From the sequence record OR142618.1: a DNA stretch of 64,000 bases. One strand, written 5' to 3'. A program made the position numbers and the translations under genes. This document shows positions 1-10,000 of the stretch, piece by piece (the stretch's first letter is position 1; each line of letters starts with the position of its first letter). The notes below the pieces were generated by a model. The model made no database searches. It was not told the DNA's origin and saw only the letters and a program-made list of their open reading frames with translations.

Positions 1-2
1 TC

Positions 3-521
3 TTAAAGAAATATCCACAAAATAACTTCGATGTCTTTCATGTAAACCACGGATCGGAGTATGATATCAAAGCAGAGCAATTTGTGAGAGATTATTGCAG
101 CGACAATAAAATAAATTGCCATGTATACTGCATTAACACAAAAAAACCAAAAGGTTGCAGTTGGGAAGAACATTGGCGAAACGAACGATATAAATTTCTG
201 CACTCTCATGAATTAGAAATCATGACTGCACATACACTAGACGACAACGTAGAGACGTGGTTGTTTTATAGTATGCACGGTTCGCCTCGTATCATTCCGT
301 ATCGGAAAAAAAATGTCATCCGACCGTTTATGCTTACTACAAAAAACGAATTTAAAAAATATGCGAAAAGTAATGGTGTACAATGGTTAGAAGATCCTAG
401 TAACCGAGACACTAATTTTAATAGAAATCAAATTCGACATAATATAATTCCTCAAGCACTTAAAGTAAATCCAGGATTGTTTAAAGTGATTGCAAAAAAA
501 GTAAGAGAAGAGAATGGCTAA
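3..521 (+). CDS. tilS: tRNA(Ile)-lysidine synthase, PP-loop domain (5'-partial; reading frame open to window start)
   Basis: Frame open from nt 3 (LKKYPQNNFDVFHVNHG...). TilS motifs HVNHG, AHTLDDNVET, RPF(M)L, WLEDPSN and RNQIRHNIIP. Stops right after the catalytic domain. Confidence 0.85.
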   Translation, partial: LKKYPQNNFDVFHVNHGSEYDIKAEQFVRDYCSDNKINCHVYCINTKKPKGCSWEEHWRNERYKFLHSHELEIMTAHTLDDNVETWLFYSMHGSPRIIPYRKKNVIRPFMLTTKNEFKKYAKSNGVQWLEDPSNRDTNFNRNQIRHNIIPQALKVNPGLFKVIAKKVREENG

Positions 522-629
522 ACACTCACTTTTAACAATGCTTGTTATTTCTATTCAAGCAAGGAATTATCATATAATACCGTATGTCGGTGTTAAACAT
601 AAACTTGTGTTTATTTTATCTAGTAGCAA

Positions 630-977
630 ATGAATACTATAATAACGCTAAGTGCTTTGCAGGAAACAATACAAGCAGACGAATGGTCATACCGCTATAA
701 TTTTATTATCAAAGATAAACGTGGTAGTAATATATTTTATTGTGTAGAAATCGAAAATTCATTACAGTCGTGGTTTGTAGACTATACATATAACAATAGT
801 TTGATATACTTAGATATATTTAAGATTCAGCTATTAACACAAAAAATATCATCTTATATTATTAATAGAATAGTAGTAGTATTGACAGACAGTAACTCAA
901 GTACAATTTTATACAATGAAATGGAAAATGATAGTATTAGTAGTAAAAATTATTCATCTAAAATAGTATTAGCATAA
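630..977 (+). CDS. hypothetical protein (AT-rich array)
   Basis: 115-aa ORF, co-oriented with and tightly packed among neighbours. Confidence 0.55.
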   Translation: MNTIITLSALQETIQADEWSYRYNFIIKDKRGSNIFYCVEIENSLQSWFVDYTYNNSLIYLDIFKIQLLTQKISSYIINRIVVVLTDSNSSTILYNEMENDSISSKNYSSKIVLA

Positions 978-1188
978 ATGAATGTATTTTAGCATAAGAC
1001 CATAACGCACTATTTGCATTAAATTCCAAACTAAAAATGTAACTTCTTTATGTATATTCTTATTATTGCAATTCTAGTAAAATCTGTACAACTATTACTG
1101 AGTTAGATGTACAGGACAAAGAACCGCAAAATGCTTGACTATCCATTCGTGTTGGGTTAATTTAACAAAATTATATAAGGTATTTTAA

Positions 1189-1521
1189 GTGTTTATCATT
1201 AAATTACAAAGCAATTGTGACAAAATAGAAATAGATAACTCAAAATACAATTACGGGTTTTTTATTGTTAACTCAGAAAACATGAAAGTATTCCATTACA
1301 GTAACAAAGAATCGTCTTTGTATTCTATGTTTGCAAAAAATCTACATATCAATGTATTTTTGGTGTCTACCTTGTGTTGTATTATATGTTTCGACTATCC
1401 TACTTTATACTTAGAAATGGAATCAAACCGTGCAGTGACATTAGGTATAAATCCATGTTTCTTAAATATAGATATACAAGGTTCTCGGTTCCATAATTGG
1501 GATCCGGTGTGTTTTGTATAA
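1189..1521 (+). CDS. small-ORF repeat-family protein
   Basis: Starts MFIIKLQSNCDKI, the family N-terminal motif. Confidence 0.6.
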   Translation: MFIIKLQSNCDKIEIDNSKYNYGFFIVNSENMKVFHYSNKESSLYSMFAKNLHINVFLVSTLCCIICFDYPTLYLEMESNRAVTLGINPCFLNIDIQGSRFHNWDPVCFV

Positions 1522-1569
1522 ACATGTGATATAATTTATGTTTAGTTATTTCTTAAATAAGGTATTGAA

Positions 1570-1911
1570 ATGAAGGAAAACAATATACTAGAAATGCAAG
1601 CAGGATGCTCAAACGTGGCTGTTATAGGTAACAGTGTTATAAGTATAGAAGGATTATATGACAAACCAACAAAAACATTAAACTTCTTTGTAAGATATAA
1701 TTTAAACCATGATTCAGAGTACTTATCATACATTTACACATTTAAAAATGATATATGTGTACTGTCTTTATCTAGTAAATGTTTTATGATTAAAATGGCC
1801 TCAGAGATGTACTATAAAACCAGATCTGTATGTATTATTAATAATAAAGGAAACGGATTGTTATATAGTTACAAAAATCACACATGGGCTCGGACATGCA
1901 TTCTAATATAG
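1570..1911 (+). CDS. hypothetical protein (AT-rich array)
   Basis: 113-aa ORF, packed in array. Confidence 0.55.
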   Translation: MKENNILEMQAGCSNVAVIGNSVISIEGLYDKPTKTLNFFVRYNLNHDSEYLSYIYTFKNDICVLSLSSKCFMIKMASEMYYKTRSVCIINNKGNGLLYSYKNHTWARTCILI

Positions 1912-2243
1912 AAAAAATTTATTATATTTCTAAAAATACACGAAGTATAAAGGTAATGGACCATACAATTACTATATGGTCGTTATATATTTCACCTAAT
2001 ATTACTATAATTTTATGGGCAACTAATTTAACTACAGGATTATGTACCTTAAAATATAAAAATGAATTCAAAATAGATTTATTTAAATTAGTCAATACAG
2101 TGTATTCTATAAAAAACAGATATAGAAACAGTACATATGTATTAGATGATATAATGCACAATACTATATGCTCTGTGGGTATATTAAGACCCCGTATTGC
2201 AGATGAAGTATATTGCAGATATAGAATATCGTATGTCAGCTAG
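1884..2243 (+). CDS. hypothetical protein (AT-rich array)
   Basis: 119-aa ORF overlapping neighbours. Confidence 0.5.
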   Translation: MGSDMHSNIEKIYYISKNTRSIKVMDHTITIWSLYISPNITIILWATNLTTGLCTLKYKNEFKIDLFKLVNTVYSIKNRYRNSTYVLDDIMHNTICSVGILRPRIADEVYCRYRISYVS

Positions 2244-2667
2244 CATTACATATATTGTATCAATTACTGCTAGATGCACATCTATATATGAAGATGCGTA
2301 TAGTGATTTCGTTATATTTTGTATAGCAGATGTATTTGGTAGTTATATAATTCAATATATGACAGAACGCAACAATAGGTTTATAGCTGTATATGAATAT
2401 ACATTTTCTACAATATGATATGTCTGATTCAAGTATATTATGCAATATAACAAGATATTCGTATACAATAAGACTGAGTAATTATACATCGTTTTATTTT
2501 GTTATATCCGGAATGGGTAGGCCTATAACAAAAGTTGTATCCAGTATACTGTGTACTCCTATTCATATAATAGATGTGTGTAATGTTTCGCATCGTGCAA
2601 GAGATACGATTTTTTCGTACAATGACACCCAATTACGCAGTTCTTTGCATTTGTTTTCTATATCATT

Positions 2668-3207
2668 TTGGAAGTTAAAAGCATGTACTATGATAAACGT
2701 ATCCTACATAATATGATATTTCAAAAACCATTTATAGAATTAAATAGTATCCCAGATTACACTCATCCGGGCGGATTTGCATACCAACGAAAAAATCATA
2801 TACACGAAGGCGTAGACCTTTATTGTAAAAATAAAGAACCTGTGTTTACAATGTTATCGGGTAAAGTAGTTAATATAATAAAAGATTTTACAGGACCGGG
2901 CTGCGGAACACCTTGGTGGAATAAAACAAGTGCAATAGTAATAGAGGACGTATTCGGTGTATGGGTATACGGCGAAATATTAGTAGGAAATTGGATTAAC
3001 ATAGGAGATACTGTACCAGCTGGAACATGTATCGGCAGAGTAGAACAAGTGTTAAAAAAGAACAAAGGACGTCCTATGTCTATGCTTCACGTAGAACGAT
3101 ATACAAAAGGAACTACAAATTCTATTGGATTATGGCAATTAAATACTAGCAGACCTGAAAATTTATTAGATCCAACACCTTTGTTACGGCGTATCATAAA
3201 TGAATAA
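2668..3207 (+). CDS. M23 family Zn-metallopeptidase (peptidoglycan hydrolase-like)
   Basis: HEGVDL (HxxxD), PVFTMLSGKV, VPAGTCIGRV, MLHVE (HxE/HxH position) and C-terminal LDPTPLL. Confidence 0.8.
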   Translation: MEVKSMYYDKRILHNMIFQKPFIELNSIPDYTHPGGFAYQRKNHIHEGVDLYCKNKEPVFTMLSGKVVNIIKDFTGPGCGTPWWNKTSAIVIEDVFGVWVYGEILVGNWINIGDTVPAGTCIGRVEQVLKKNKGRPMSMLHVERYTKGTTNSIGLWQLNTSRPENLLDPTPLLRRIINE

Positions 3208-3541
3208 TATATTATATATTCAGAATTTTATAAGAAGTAGAAAATTAGAAGCAGAATACGGATGTATAGTTACCATTAATAATAATACAGGAGCTAGAGA
3301 ATTTACAGCATATCATCTCAAAAACTGGCATAATTGTTCATTTATATCCTATAATAATTGCAGTATAGATATTATTGCATTATGTAACCATACACACACG
3401 ATAGCATATGGAGCAGATAATGCAAGTTTTATAATAAAAAATAATAACAGAAATATACTACTGTCAGTAGTTGATACGAATATGACATATTCGTCTTGTT
3501 ATTCATCTTCTGTAATTATAAATATTTCTGTTTTATTATAA
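3200..3541 (+). CDS. small-ORF repeat-family protein
   Basis: ILYIQNF at the N-terminus and IIALCNHTHTI internally; overlaps upstream stop. Confidence 0.6.
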   Translation: MNNILYIQNFIRSRKLEAEYGCIVTINNNTGAREFTAYHLKNWHNCSFISYNNCSIDIIALCNHTHTIAYGADNASFIIKNNNRNILLSVVDTNMTYSSCYSSSVIINISVLL

Positions 3542-3542
3542 A

Positions 3543-3866
3543 ATGAATTTAATATTTTGTATAGCTAGCATTGATAATATACAAATAGGTATAGACCGGT
3601 CAATCGGACATATAAACAATATAATATATATCCGAACTAGCCCCTCTAATGATATAATCAAATATATAACAGAAGTAAAATATGGTAAAACAGTATCACT
3701 TATGTTAAATCTCGATATATCAATATTTAAAGAATTATTTATTTTTATTTTGTCATGTAAATGTAAACACATCACTGAACTAAGAATATACAATAAAGTA
3801 GTATTTTATTTTTATTCTGATAACAGAAGATCTTTAACAGATTTGTTATATTACATAGGTCAGTAA
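3543..3866 (+). CDS. hypothetical protein (AT-rich array)
   Basis: 107-aa ORF starting MNLIFCIAS, 1 nt after previous stop. Confidence 0.55.
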   Translation: MNLIFCIASIDNIQIGIDRSIGHINNIIYIRTSPSNDIIKYITEVKYGKTVSLMLNLDISIFKELFIFILSCKCKHITELRIYNKVVFYFYSDNRRSLTDLLYYIGQ

Positions 3867-3978
3867 CAGTACATTTACAGAAAAATATAATATCTTATGT
3901 ATTATTCATTATAAAAACTCTGTTGTGTTATTAAGTATTGTATGTTAGCGTACAAGTTAATTAAATGCGGAACACTAA

Positions 3979-4272
3979 ATGGATATTATTCTTTTTATAT
4001 CAAATAATACATACTATATAACATCAACGAGTAATAGCACATTCTTATTATACAGATTTGATCAAAAATGTATCTATGTTGTAACAAAAAATCTTAATTC
4101 ACATCCGGTAGTGATAGACGACGGAAGTAATGGCTGGGGGACAATATATGAGATTCCCGCATTAGTTCAGTTTTACACAGATATTTTTAAATTTTCTGTG
4201 CATCACGAGTTAATTCAAATATATGTGCTCACAAAAGTAGGTCAATTTTTCTCTAAGATTGTTACTTACTAA
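3979..4272 (+). CDS. small-ORF repeat-family protein
   Basis: MDIILFISNNTYYI ... ALVQFYTDIF. Confidence 0.65.
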   Translation: MDIILFISNNTYYITSTSNSTFLLYRFDQKCIYVVTKNLNSHPVVIDDGSNGWGTIYEIPALVQFYTDIFKFSVHHELIQIYVLTKVGQFFSKIVTY

Positions 4273-4594
4273 TACAATTGTACAATACATAGGTAATTTG
4301 ATGGACAATATATTTTATATTTCGTACGAGATAGCTGTCCAGTGTTCTAATATAACTACATTTTATTTAATTAATAAACACAATAGAGTATTTTATGCAA
4401 TACGTTCAGCCGCAGGACACCCAATCGACATTTTCGATTTTGATTGGAAACAAAAAATCTTACTAACGTCTAAATATTGTAATAAGCTTTTATTTATTAT
4501 TGGTAGAGAAAAGATACAGGTAACTACTACTAAGTTAAAGATATTTTATTGTCTTAGTAACGTATCTGCTAAATCGGATCAAGTTACACTATAA
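4259..4594 (+). CDS. small-ORF repeat-family protein (probable)
   Basis: Internal MDNIFYISYEI; packed in array. Confidence 0.5.
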   Translation: MLLTNTIVQYIGNLMDNIFYISYEIAVQCSNITTFYLINKHNRVFYAIRSAAGHPIDIFDFDWKQKILLTSKYCNKLLFIIGREKIQVTTTKLKIFYCLSNVSAKSDQVTL

Positions 4595-4814
4595 ATATCA
4601 CACCATTAATTTTAATTAGTGTATACTATTATTGTGACACTATTAAATATGTTAATTAGATAAAATAAATTATTAATGAAAAATCTATTTCCTACTGGAT
4701 GCATATTTAATATATTGGTATTATCTTATCACACAGATACAATATATGCTGTATGTTACTCAGATTGTCGTGTTATTGCACTAAACAGTTATTATACATA
4801 CTATATACCTTTAA

Positions 4815-5075
4815 ATGACTAAATTAATACTTACAATTTCTATTAATACCAAACAGATAGCATTATTAAACGATGTTGTGCATTTTCGAAATTATAATAA
4901 AATGGTATACTTTATAAATTTTTTATCTAAAACTAAGTCATTAATTATTATGGACAAGTTAATAACAGATAGTTTTATTATCTTTTATATAAGTGAAAAT
5001 TGTTCCGAAATTTATGTCACCCCTAGATATGCTTTTATATGTAATTTCAATGGGGTTGGGTTTTTTAGATCATAA
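4815..5075 (+). CDS. small-ORF repeat-family protein
   Basis: LILTISINTKQI ... IIFYISENCSEI (two units). Confidence 0.6.
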   Translation: MTKLILTISINTKQIALLNDVVHFRNYNKMVYFINFLSKTKSLIIMDKLITDSFIIFYISENCSEIYVTPRYAFICNFNGVGFFRS

Positions 5076-5106
5076 CTAGTTGTGTTAATTAGGATAACTA
5101 TACTTA

Positions 5107-5400
5107 ATGAAATATGATTTTATATTACATATGAGTAATAACACAAATTGTATTATATTCGACACAAGTATTACCTTTGTTGACAACAAAGGTATATTCT
5201 TTTATAAAATAATACCAATACACTTGCATGGTATGTGTAATTTTCCTTATATAGATAACAGTTGGTCAAACTATATTTCATTACCTATAATTATACAATA
5301 TTATACAAATAAACTGGTATATTTACCTTCTAAAATAGTTTTTCGTCAAAATAAATCTAATATATCAGCAGATACTGTATTTCGTACAAATATGTTATGA
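5107..5400 (+). CDS. small-ORF repeat-family protein
   Basis: FILHMSNNTNCI ... PIIIQYYTNKL. Confidence 0.65.
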   Translation: MKYDFILHMSNNTNCIIFDTSITFVDNKGIFFYKIIPIHLHGMCNFPYIDNSWSNYISLPIIIQYYTNKLVYLPSKIVFRQNKSNISADTVFRTNML

Positions 5401-5678
5401 ACGATGAATTAATACTATTGTTAAGTAAAGAGACTTATATAACATCATTTTCTCATAACTGTGTAGACTTGTTCAGCGCTGCTGGAATTATATTTTATAG
5501 CATATCTATACCATACATGGGTTCCCGTGCTGCTAGCAGAATACATCATTTATATTTGTGTGTGTTTACACTATCTCCTTTCATAATACAATCATTTTGC
5601 CGTGTAATATTCGATAATAAGTATACAATTGGCATAGCACATAATGGCACACTTATATGGAAAGGTCTTTACCAATAA
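5397..5678 (+). CDS. small-ORF repeat-family protein
   Basis: LILLLSKETYI ... FIIQSFCRVI; ATGA overlap with upstream gene. Confidence 0.65.
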   Translation: MNDELILLLSKETYITSFSHNCVDLFSAAGIIFYSISIPYMGSRAASRIHHLYLCVFTLSPFIIQSFCRVIFDNKYTIGIAHNGTLIWKGLYQ

Positions 5679-5746
5679 CTTTTTCAGTTGCTATAATATG
5701 CACAATGTGCAATAATAAAAACAATGTGCAATTGTGAATAAAATAC

Positions 5747-6052
5747 ATGAATATTATCATTAACATTCAAGCATCAACATCCGAAATCTTCTTTGACACA
5801 GACTGTATCACGTTAATAACGAGTTTAGGCGGTCATGTTCTTTCGATAAACCGAAGAACAGGAAAAGGCGCAGTTGTACTTCATAACATAAAGTTAGATT
5901 CCATATATCGTATTCTACTATTACAGCACACAACTACATCACTTGTTGTATGGGGTGCTGTGGACATTAAAGTATCATTTAAAGACATAGCCGATGAATA
6001 CATTTTCCTTGCTATAGGAAGAATACATTATCACGGCAAATGGTTAAAATAA
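5747..6052 (+). CDS. small-ORF repeat-family protein
   Basis: MNIIINIQASTSEI ... ILLLQHTTTSL. Confidence 0.65.
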   Translation: MNIIINIQASTSEIFFDTDCITLITSLGGHVLSINRRTGKGAVVLHNIKLDSIYRILLLQHTTTSLVVWGAVDIKVSFKDIADEYIFLAIGRIHYHGKWLK

Positions 6053-6321
6053 TTCCGACTATGCATAACATTCATTATGACGAAATTTTAGAAATATCTA
6101 ATAAAGCTAGATTAATTGTAATTTACTCTGGCATATGTTCTATATACACAAAACCTTCTGTTTATTATAATGTAAATTATAATTTTTATAGTAATCCATT
6201 TAGTTGTTGGAATAGGGCAGTATTTATAGCATCTAAACAATGCGGACGCATAATATTCACTAATAACCGGGTGCGTATATTAACTGATAAAAAAATAATG
6301 TGGTATTATAGTACTCTATAA
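6040..6321 (+). CDS. hypothetical protein (AT-rich array)
   Basis: 93-aa ORF, overlaps upstream. Confidence 0.5.
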   Translation: MVKIIPTMHNIHYDEILEISNKARLIVIYSGICSIYTKPSVYYNVNYNFYSNPFSCWNRAVFIASKQCGRIIFTNNRVRILTDKKIMWYYSTL

Positions 6322-6336
6322 GGTATAGATTGAAAA

Positions 6337-6645
6337 ATGGTATATAAAATACCTAATGACAAGTGTATGTTGTTAATATTTCTGAGTAGTGTCTCCGATA
6401 CTATACACATAGAATTCAGTTTTAGAAAAAGAATTAGAAAATATTTGCACACACTAAAAATATACAAAGAAGATAACATTTGCATATTTATAAATGGCAT
6501 ATTACTATTTAAAAAAGTTATATGTAACGATATGATAATTCCTATTTTGATACAATCGAACACAAGATCTATATCACTGCATAACAACTTCTTAGAAATA
6601 TTTTCTAACAGATATTATTTGACGTTATTTAGAAAACTGACATAG
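6337..6645 (+). CDS. small-ORF repeat-family protein
   Basis: LLIFLSSVSDTI ... PILIQSNTRSI. Confidence 0.6.
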   Translation: MVYKIPNDKCMLLIFLSSVSDTIHIEFSFRKRIRKYLHTLKIYKEDNICIFINGILLFKKVICNDMIIPILIQSNTRSISLHNNFLEIFSNRYYLTLFRKLT

Positions 6646-6665
6646 TCTTAAATAGGCAAAAATAC

Positions 6666-6917
6666 ATGATTGTTATACTTCTTTCACACTTTACACGTGA
6701 ACTAAATGCAGAATTTAATGAATTAAAACTTACTGTACATGGTAAAAGATTAGCGCAAATATATCCGACAGCATACATAGATACTAACGTCTTATGCCAT
6801 TATATGCGTGAACTTGATTTCTTACTATTATACATTTCTAACAATGCAAAAACGATACAATTAGACTATTCACACAGAATAATATTATATCACTCTCCTA
6901 TACCGCACTATATTTAA
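6666..6917 (+). CDS. small-ORF repeat-family protein
   Basis: MIVILLSHFTREL ... LLYISNNAKTI. Confidence 0.65.
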   Translation: MIVILLSHFTRELNAEFNELKLTVHGKRLAQIYPTAYIDTNVLCHYMRELDFLLLYISNNAKTIQLDYSHRIILYHSPIPHYI

Positions 6918-6949
6918 AGAGATAAGTATGTGAACTATCATTTAAATAG

Positions 6950-7318
6950 TTGCTGTACAGAAACTACATTATTAAACTCTTTTTTAATAAGCAAGTTAAT
7001 GTCTATCTAAACACTATGTGCAACCTACCATTTATTATATCAAATAATTCCTACACACTAACCTACGGACCAAATATAACGTCAACAGGAGCAGGCATAT
7101 ACATTGCCAATATATACGGATTTGTGTTTCTATACTCAGTTGTTACTATTTCTAATTTTCAAATATGTTTTAGTATGCTTAACGAAATAGATCCTTCGTA
7201 TTTGCAATACGAATGCGATTCAATAAAAACAATAAACACAAAAATGTATTATAGACTAAATGTCAATTCATTACTTAATACAATGATATGTAAAGAATAT
7301 TATGAATTTATTATTTGA
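6950..7318 (+). CDS. hypothetical protein (AT-rich array)
   Basis: 122-aa ORF; contains FIISNNSYTL and YLQYECDSI. Confidence 0.5.
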   Translation: MLYRNYIIKLFFNKQVNVYLNTMCNLPFIISNNSYTLTYGPNITSTGAGIYIANIYGFVFLYSVVTISNFQICFSMLNEIDPSYLQYECDSIKTINTKMYYRLNVNSLLNTMICKEYYEFII

Positions 7319-7586
7319 ATTATTAAGAAACACTAGTAAAATCATACCGCGTGATGGTCTAAATGCTGCTAGATTTATTCTTGTAAATACCCATTATATA
7401 AAAATAGCATCTTTTTGTTTATTATTTTCTACATGGACCTGCCGTACATTTTTAAGTATAAACCAGTTTCAAATGTCAGAATCTACGTTAGTTATCATAT
7501 CTAATAAAATAAAGAAGATCAAAAGAGTAAAAAAATCATACGCTTTAGTTTTTGACGAATCATATATTCTGTTGAAAATCAAATGA
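7302..7586 (+). CDS. hypothetical protein (AT-rich array)
   Basis: 94-aa ORF with coupled overlaps. Confidence 0.55.
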   Translation: MNLLFELLRNTSKIIPRDGLNAARFILVNTHYIKIASFCLLFSTWTCRTFLSINQFQMSESTLVIISNKIKKIKRVKKSYALVFDESYILLKIK

Positions 7587-7837
7587 TAATACATATCTCA
7601 CATTTAACACATATAATAAATGCATATTCTAAATATATAATCGTCACTAATAAAGCTAATGAAATTATACTTTGCAATTACATATATAACCAAACTAAAA
7701 TTTACATTAACAAAGTATTACCAAGTATCGACTTAATCTGTTATATTCAACATAACACAAAAACTATTAGTTATCCCATTGTAAATAGCCATTTTCTATT
7801 ATATCCATATCTTTGCAATAATGCCTTGGTTGTATAA
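7583..7837 (+). CDS. small-ORF repeat-family protein
   Basis: MIIHISHLTHII ... LICYIQHNTKTI. Confidence 0.65.
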   Translation: MIIHISHLTHIINAYSKYIIVTNKANEIILCNYIYNQTKIYINKVLPSIDLICYIQHNTKTISYPIVNSHFLLYPYLCNNALVV

Positions 7838-7839
7838 TT

Positions 7840-8139
7840 ATGGATTTTATTTTCCTACTACAACATAACACTTCTATTATATTATATAATAATATATCAT
7901 ATGGTATTATAGAATTATACACAAAAGACGAAGTTCCAGTATTAGACATAGAACTATCAAGTTCTATGTACATATATCAAGGTAATTTTAATGACAAAAC
8001 TGCAATACTCTATCTACAGCAAAATACACACCAGATACAAATAGATATAGATCCATATAATTTTATTATAAAAATGAGAAACATGTACTATAAAGACATT
8101 TATTATATTGTATTACATGGATTATATGGATTATATTAA
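7840..8139 (+). CDS. small-ORF repeat-family protein, duplicate copy 1
   Basis: MDFIFLLQHNTSII ... AILYLQQNTHQI; paralog at 8206. Confidence 0.8.
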   Translation: MDFIFLLQHNTSIILYNNISYGIIELYTKDEVPVLDIELSSSMYIYQGNFNDKTAILYLQQNTHQIQIDIDPYNFIIKMRNMYYKDIYYIVLHGLYGLY

Positions 8140-8203
8140 ACTTATCTCCGCAGAAGTAAATCAAATATATCCATATCTTTGCAATAATGCCTTGGTTGTA
8201 TAA
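8126..8203 (+). CDS. chimeric 25-aa junction ORF (N-terminus of the 8474 gene fused to C-terminus of the 7583 gene)
   Basis: MDYIKLISAEVNQI + YPYLCNNALVV*. Confidence 0.55.
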   Translation: MDYIKLISAEVNQIYPYLCNNALVV

Positions 8204-8205
8204 TT

Positions 8206-8487
8206 ATGGATTTTATTTTCCTACTACAACATAACACTTCTATTATATTATATCGTAATAGTATTATAGAATTATACACAGAAGACGAAATGCCAGTAAT
8301 AGACATAGATATAACAAATTCTATGTTCATATATCAAGGTATTTTTAATGACAAAACTGCAATACTCTATCTACAACAAAATACACACAGTATAGGTATA
8401 GAATCATCAAATTCTTATTATATGATAAGAATGAGAAATATGTACCATAGAAACGTTTATTATATTATAACACATGGATTATATTAA
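8206..8487 (+). CDS. small-ORF repeat-family protein, duplicate copy 2
   Basis: MDFIFLLQHNTSII ... AILYLQQNTHSI. Confidence 0.8.
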   Translation: MDFIFLLQHNTSIILYRNSIIELYTEDEMPVIDIDITNSMFIYQGIFNDKTAILYLQQNTHSIGIESSNSYYMIRMRNMYHRNVYYIITHGLY

Positions 8488-8758
8488 ATTTATCTCCGCA
8501 GAAGTAAATCAAATTAAAAAATCCACCCACCCTGGCAGCACCCGCGACGGCTTAACACTATATAACGTACATGACCAACCTATAATAGAAATAAAGATCC
8601 AAAAAATAATATCCCGTGCATATGTGCGTGCAAACTACGATAAGTTGTGTAATGAAATCTGCATTCTTTATATACAAAGCCAAACAACTTTAATATCTAC
8701 CACACGGAACACACTAGTAATCTTTACTTCCCACTATATAGTTCACTCTATCACATGA
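8474..8758 (+). CDS. small-ORF repeat-family protein
   Basis: MDYIKFISAEVNQI ... ICILYIQSQTTLI. Confidence 0.7.
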   Translation: MDYIKFISAEVNQIKKSTHPGSTRDGLTLYNVHDQPIIEIKIQKIISRAYVRANYDKLCNEICILYIQSQTTLISTTRNTLVIFTSHYIVHSIT

Positions 8759-9045
8759 ACCTAATATATACACTACAACATAAAACTAGATATATATCCC
8801 AATTTGATACTAATTTTGATACTACTTATCGTTTAATTAACTCAGATAGAAAATGCTTTTATCTTATAACACGCAAGAACAAAAAGACCATAGTAGACAT
8901 AGACTATAATGTCTTTAATGATATTTTCGGTATATTACATTTACAGTCTAAAACACATATACTACAACGTTCATACTACCTAATAAAAATATATGATGCA
9001 TGTACGGATTTAATATTTTTTATATACCACCACAACCATAAATGA
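8755..9045 (+). CDS. small-ORF repeat-family protein
   Basis: MNLIYTLQHKTRYI ... FGILHLQSKTHIL. Confidence 0.75.
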   Translation: MNLIYTLQHKTRYISQFDTNFDTTYRLINSDRKCFYLITRKNKKTIVDIDYNVFNDIFGILHLQSKTHILQRSYYLIKIYDACTDLIFFIYHHNHK

Positions 9046-9323
9046 AATTTATTATAACATTACAATCATACACAACTACAATACAGTTTCTAACTAATGA
9101 TTTTATATTATATTCTGATAGAAATAGATTATTAGAATTAGGTATATACAATAACAAATTCAACTGTTACATACATATCAATAATTTTAATAATAACAAT
9201 ATAATCTTGTGTTATCTTCAGCATATAATTTATACAATACACATTCATCCCTTTGTTTTATCGATGTGTAATAGTAATTGGTTATCAGTTAATACAAAAT
9301 GTTATTCAAGAAGACTTTACTAG
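9042..9323 (+). CDS. small-ORF repeat-family protein
   Basis: MKFIITLQSYTTTI ... ILCYLQHIIYTI. Confidence 0.7.
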   Translation: MKFIITLQSYTTTIQFLTNDFILYSDRNRLLELGIYNNKFNCYIHINNFNNNNIILCYLQHIIYTIHIHPFVLSMCNSNWLSVNTKCYSRRLY

Positions 9324-9329
9324 ATCCGA

Positions 9330-9720
9330 TTAGTAATGAATGATAGAAATCACTATACTATAACTAATGAGTGATAATACTAATAGATAGCTATAATGAG
9401 TGATACTAATAGATATCAATACTAATACTAATATTGATAGATAGCTATAGTGTACAAATAATGAGTGAATTATATAGTACATATTTCGGTGAATACTGAT
9501 ATAATACCAATAGATAGTGATACTGATAGACATCGATACTAATACTGATAGATAGAAACTATAGTGTAACAAATAATAAGTGATACTAATAGAAGCTATA
9601 GTGTACAAATAATGAGTGATAGTGATAGTGTACAAATAATGAGTGATAGTGAGTGATACTAATAAGATAGTGATAGTGTACAAATAATGAGTGAATTATA
9701 TAGTACATATTTCGGTGAAC
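9330..9720. repeat. purine-skewed low-complexity tract of degenerate short repeats
   Basis: Reiterated tagtgtacaaataatgagtga and gatactaatagatagcta; tacaaataatgagtgaattatatagtacatatttcggtgaa occurs at about 9453 and 9681. Confidence 0.85.
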
Positions 9721-10000
9721 CCTAACATCACCGAAGAAAGAAGGACCAAAATTTTGGAAATCTTGCTCTATAGGTCCCATCCATTTTCTTCCCAGTTACA
9801 TTCATTTTCTTCCCAGTTACATTCATTTTCTTTCCATTTCTAACCATTTCTAACCATTTTTATAGATTTTTTTTGGAAAAATCCGTTTTCTGCTATATAG
9901 GGACCTTCTTATAAAATATAATCTTTTTCAATAAAAAATATTTTTTTTGAAAATTTCCAATTCTTGCTATATAGGCCGGTTTCATTATATATTCCCGTTT
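9720..10000. repeat. pyrimidine-rich tract with short direct repeats
   Basis: ttttcttcccagttacattca x2, ttctaaccatt x2, TTGCT(A/C)TATAGG-like x3 (about 9764, 9889, 9964). Confidence 0.7.

Larger units (their letters stand above)
7802..8521 (+). repeat. tandem duplication, unit about 366 bp
   Basis: About 85 nt identical at 7802 and 8168 (tatccatatctttgcaataatgcc...). ttatctccgcagaagtaaatcaaat follows both copies. Confidence 0.9.

Noticed and set aside
9330-9780. Minus-strand ORFs 9330-9683 and 9586-9780
   Set aside because: Translations are His/Tyr/Ser repeats produced by the low-complexity tract; no RBS.
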